Source: Octopus bimaculoides
Lineage: Eukaryota
Assembly: GCF_001194135.2 (NCBI RefSeq)
Contig: NC_068981.1
Coordinates: forward strand, 73,394,156 to 73,449,563
Length of the DNA stretch: 55,408 bases
Direction: 5' to 3'
The notes beneath the pieces are model-generated. The model saw only the letters and a program-made list of their open reading frames with translations, was not told the DNA's origin and made no database searches. The translations under genes and the position numbers were made by a program. Shown one piece after another: positions 52,265 to 55,408 of this stretch. Position 1 is the first letter of the stretch, and every line of letters starts with the position of its first letter.

Positions 52265-53485
52265 ACATATGTATATATGTCCACTTATATATTTGTACAC
52301 ACACACACACACACACACACACGCACGCACGCACACACACGCNNNNNNNNNNNNNNNNNNNNNNNNNNNNNNNNNNNNNNNNNNNNNNNNNNNNNNNNNN
52401 NNNNNNNNNNNNNNNNNNNNNNNNNNNNNNNNNNNNNNNNNNNNNNNNNNNNNNNNNNNNNNNNNNNNNNNNNNNNNNNNNNNNNNNNNNNNNNNNNNNN
52501 NNNNNNNNNNNNNNNNNNNNNNNNNNNNNNNNNNNNNNNNNNNNNNNNNNNNNNNNNNNNNNNNNNNNNNNNNNNNNNNNNNNNNNNNNNNNNNNNNNNN
52601 NNNNNNNNNNNNNNNNNNNNNNNNNNNNNNNNNNNNNNNNNNNNNNNNNNNNNNNNNNNNNNNNNNNNNNNNNNNNNNNNNNNNNNNNNNNNNNNNNNNN
52701 NNNNNNNNNNNNNNNNNNNNNNNNNNNNNNNNNNNNNNNNNNNNNNNNNNNNNNNNNNNNNNNNNNNNNNNNNNNNNNNNNNNNNNNNNNNNNNNNNNNN
52801 NNNNNNNNNNNNNNNNNNNNNNNNNNNNNNNNNNNNNNNNNNNNNNNNNNNNNNNNNNNNNNNNNNNNNNNNNNNNNNNNNNNNNNNNNNNNNNNNNNNN
52901 NNNNNNNNNNNNNNNNNNNNNNNNNNNNNNNNNNNNNNNNNNNNNNNNNNNNNNNNNNNNNNNNNNNNNNNNNNNNNNNNNNNNNNNNNNNNNNNNNNNN
53001 NNNNNNNNNNNNNNNNNNNNNNNNNNNNNNNNNNNNNNNNNNNNNNNNNNNNNNNNNNNNNNNNNNNNNNNNNNNNNNNNNNNNNNNNNNNNNNNNNNNN
53101 NNNNNNNNNNNNNNNNNNNNNNNNNNNNNNNNNNNNNNNNNNNNNNNNNNNNNNNNNNNNNNNNNNNNNNNNNNNNNNNNNNNNNNNNNNNNNNNNNNNN
53201 NNNNNNNNNNNACACACATATATATATATATACATACATACATACATATATATACATATATATACATATATATATATACACATATACATACTTATACATA
53301 TATATACATTCATATACATATATATATGCATATACATATACATATATCTATGCATATACATATATATGCATATATATATATATGCATATACATACATATA
53401 CGTATATATACGCATATACAGACATACATATATATATGCATATATATAAATATATATATATATACACATATATATATATGCGTAT

Positions 53486-53519
<34 letters not shown>

Positions 53520-53944
53520 GCGTATACACACATATACATATATGCATATACATACATATATATATGCATATACATACATATATATATGCATATACATACG
53601 TATACATTCATATTATATGCATATACATACATACATATATGTATATACATACATATACATACATATGCATATACACACACAGGCGGACATGTGTAGGAGA
53701 AAAAAGCGGATGGGAGTGTGGTTACGGTCCGCCATGTCCGCCCATACATACATACATGTATATGTGTGTGTGTGTGTGCGTGTGTGCGTGCGTGCGTGTG
53801 TGCGTGTCTTTACACACACACATACATACACGCAAATACACACTCACACATACACACATACATATGCATATATGGCAGCATCTGGGCCCAAGTTCAACCG
53901 TGATCAAGCAGCAGAGCTACATATGTTCACACGCACACTCACAC

Positions 53945-54006
<62 letters not shown>

Positions 54007-54352
54007 GAATGAGAAAGAGTGAGAGAGGGAATGAGAGAAAGATAAAAAGAGAATGAGTGTGAGACGAAAACAGAGATATATAGAGAGAGAGAGAGACACA
54101 GACAGACAAACAGAGAGAGAGAGAGGGGGGAGGGAGAATACAGATAATGCGAAAAAACTCCAGTGAGATTGAGAAGAGGCGAGATATTGCCAGAATGAAA
54201 AAAAAAGCCAAAATCTAGAGTAGGAATGATCGAGTGTATATATGTGTGTGTATGTGTGTGGGTGTGAAAAAGAGGAGAAAAACAGATGGAAAAAAAAAAA
54301 TCTTCAAAAACTTGAGAGTGAGATTTCCGTGTTTCATATATATAATATATAT

Positions 54353-54398
<46 letters not shown>

Positions 54399-54534
54399 CG
54401 ACACACACACACGCACACAGTGTAGCTGAAGAATATTCATTTGAATAATGTTTTTGTTTCTTTTTGAAAAATATGTCCGGATCCTAGAAGGAATCCGCTT
54501 TTGCCCCGATTTTTTCTAACCCTGATATTCAAAT

Positions 54535-54609
<75 letters not shown>

Positions 54610-54748
54610 GAGAGAGAAAGAGAGAGAGAGGAGATATAGATGGATAGAGTGATAGAGAGAAAATATAGATAGATAGAGAGAGTGCGAGAGATAGAAAGAG
54701 ATACATTTTGGGATAAATAAATAGAGTGAGAAAAAGAGATAGACAGGT

Positions 54749-54779
<31 letters not shown>

Positions 54780-55321
54780 CAGATAGATAGATAGAGAGAG
54801 AGGGGAGAGAACGATCAGAAGAGACTACGAGAAAAAAAGAGACGGCAAAGCGAAAAGAGAGACGAGAAAGCGAGTGTCAGACGAACTTAGTTCCATTTTA
54901 AAACGGCAACGCAGTTTCTGGTGCTACTGAGGAACCAGTCCCGATATGTGAAAGCAAGAAGCGATACATCCAACACTTAACAACAGGATTAATTATCTGC
55001 TTCTATTTGCTAGATTTCAAATCGGGTAGTAAAAAAAAAAAAAAATTATCATATATTAAAAGGAATATCATGAGTTTGCAGTTTAATGTACTCTCACCTA
55101 TTATTGATTAGCTTCGGCCATTGACCTGTACCATAGCATCTACACACACACACACACACACACACGCATATGCACACACGCACACACACATACAGAGTCT
55201 GATAAAAGGTACTTGCAAACATGTAAACGAGAAGGAAATATTGAAATAGGGAATGCGTGCGTGATGCATATACACATATATACATATATACATACATACA
55301 TACATATATATATATGCATAT

Positions 55322-55354
<33 letters not shown>

Positions 55355-55363
55355 TATGCATAT

Positions 55364-55408
<45 letters not shown>
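52228..55408. repeat. Microsatellite-dominated end: (TA)n, (CA)n, (TACA)n, (AG)n, (GATA)n and N gap 52343-53211
   Basis: Direct reading; explains all Y/I/H/T/C/V/M-rich ORFs here. Confidence 0.95.

Noticed and set aside
53682-53742. 10-bp perfect inverted repeat GGCGGACATG ... CATGTCCGCC
   Set aside because: A few 10-bp inverted repeats are expected by chance in 55 kb; no convincing TSD or second copy.

Overview
AT-rich, microsatellite-dense eukaryotic genomic DNA from a gapped draft assembly (about 15 N-runs). The repeat landscape suggests a coleoid cephalopod, probably Octopus; this is inference, not a database result. The only host gene is a Tob (BTG/Tob anti-proliferative, CCR4-NOT adaptor) orthologue on the minus strand: one coding exon (CDS 25256-23484, 590 aa) preceded by a 5'-UTR intron whose first exon is not identifiable, and probably followed by a very long (~10.7 kb) retroelement-free 3' UTR. 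The rest is retroelement and MITE debris: Tx1/L1-clade, R4/Dong-clade, RTE and CR1-like LINE fragments, at least three tRNA-derived SINE families, and hAT- and piggyBac-type MITEs. The most striking unexplained signal is a textbook heat-shock promoter (seven perfect alternating nGAAn units, TATA box, Inr) at 7127-7237. It sits directly in front of a nearly intact Tx1-type LINE ORF1 that is fused to an ORF2 tail and followed by poly(A) signals, with no HSP gene nearby. Other notable items are a 99-nt pre-miRNA-like hairpin in the Tob intron, inverted retroelement pairs that could form ADAR substrates, and serial SINE insertions at one target site. All identity estimates are by eye.
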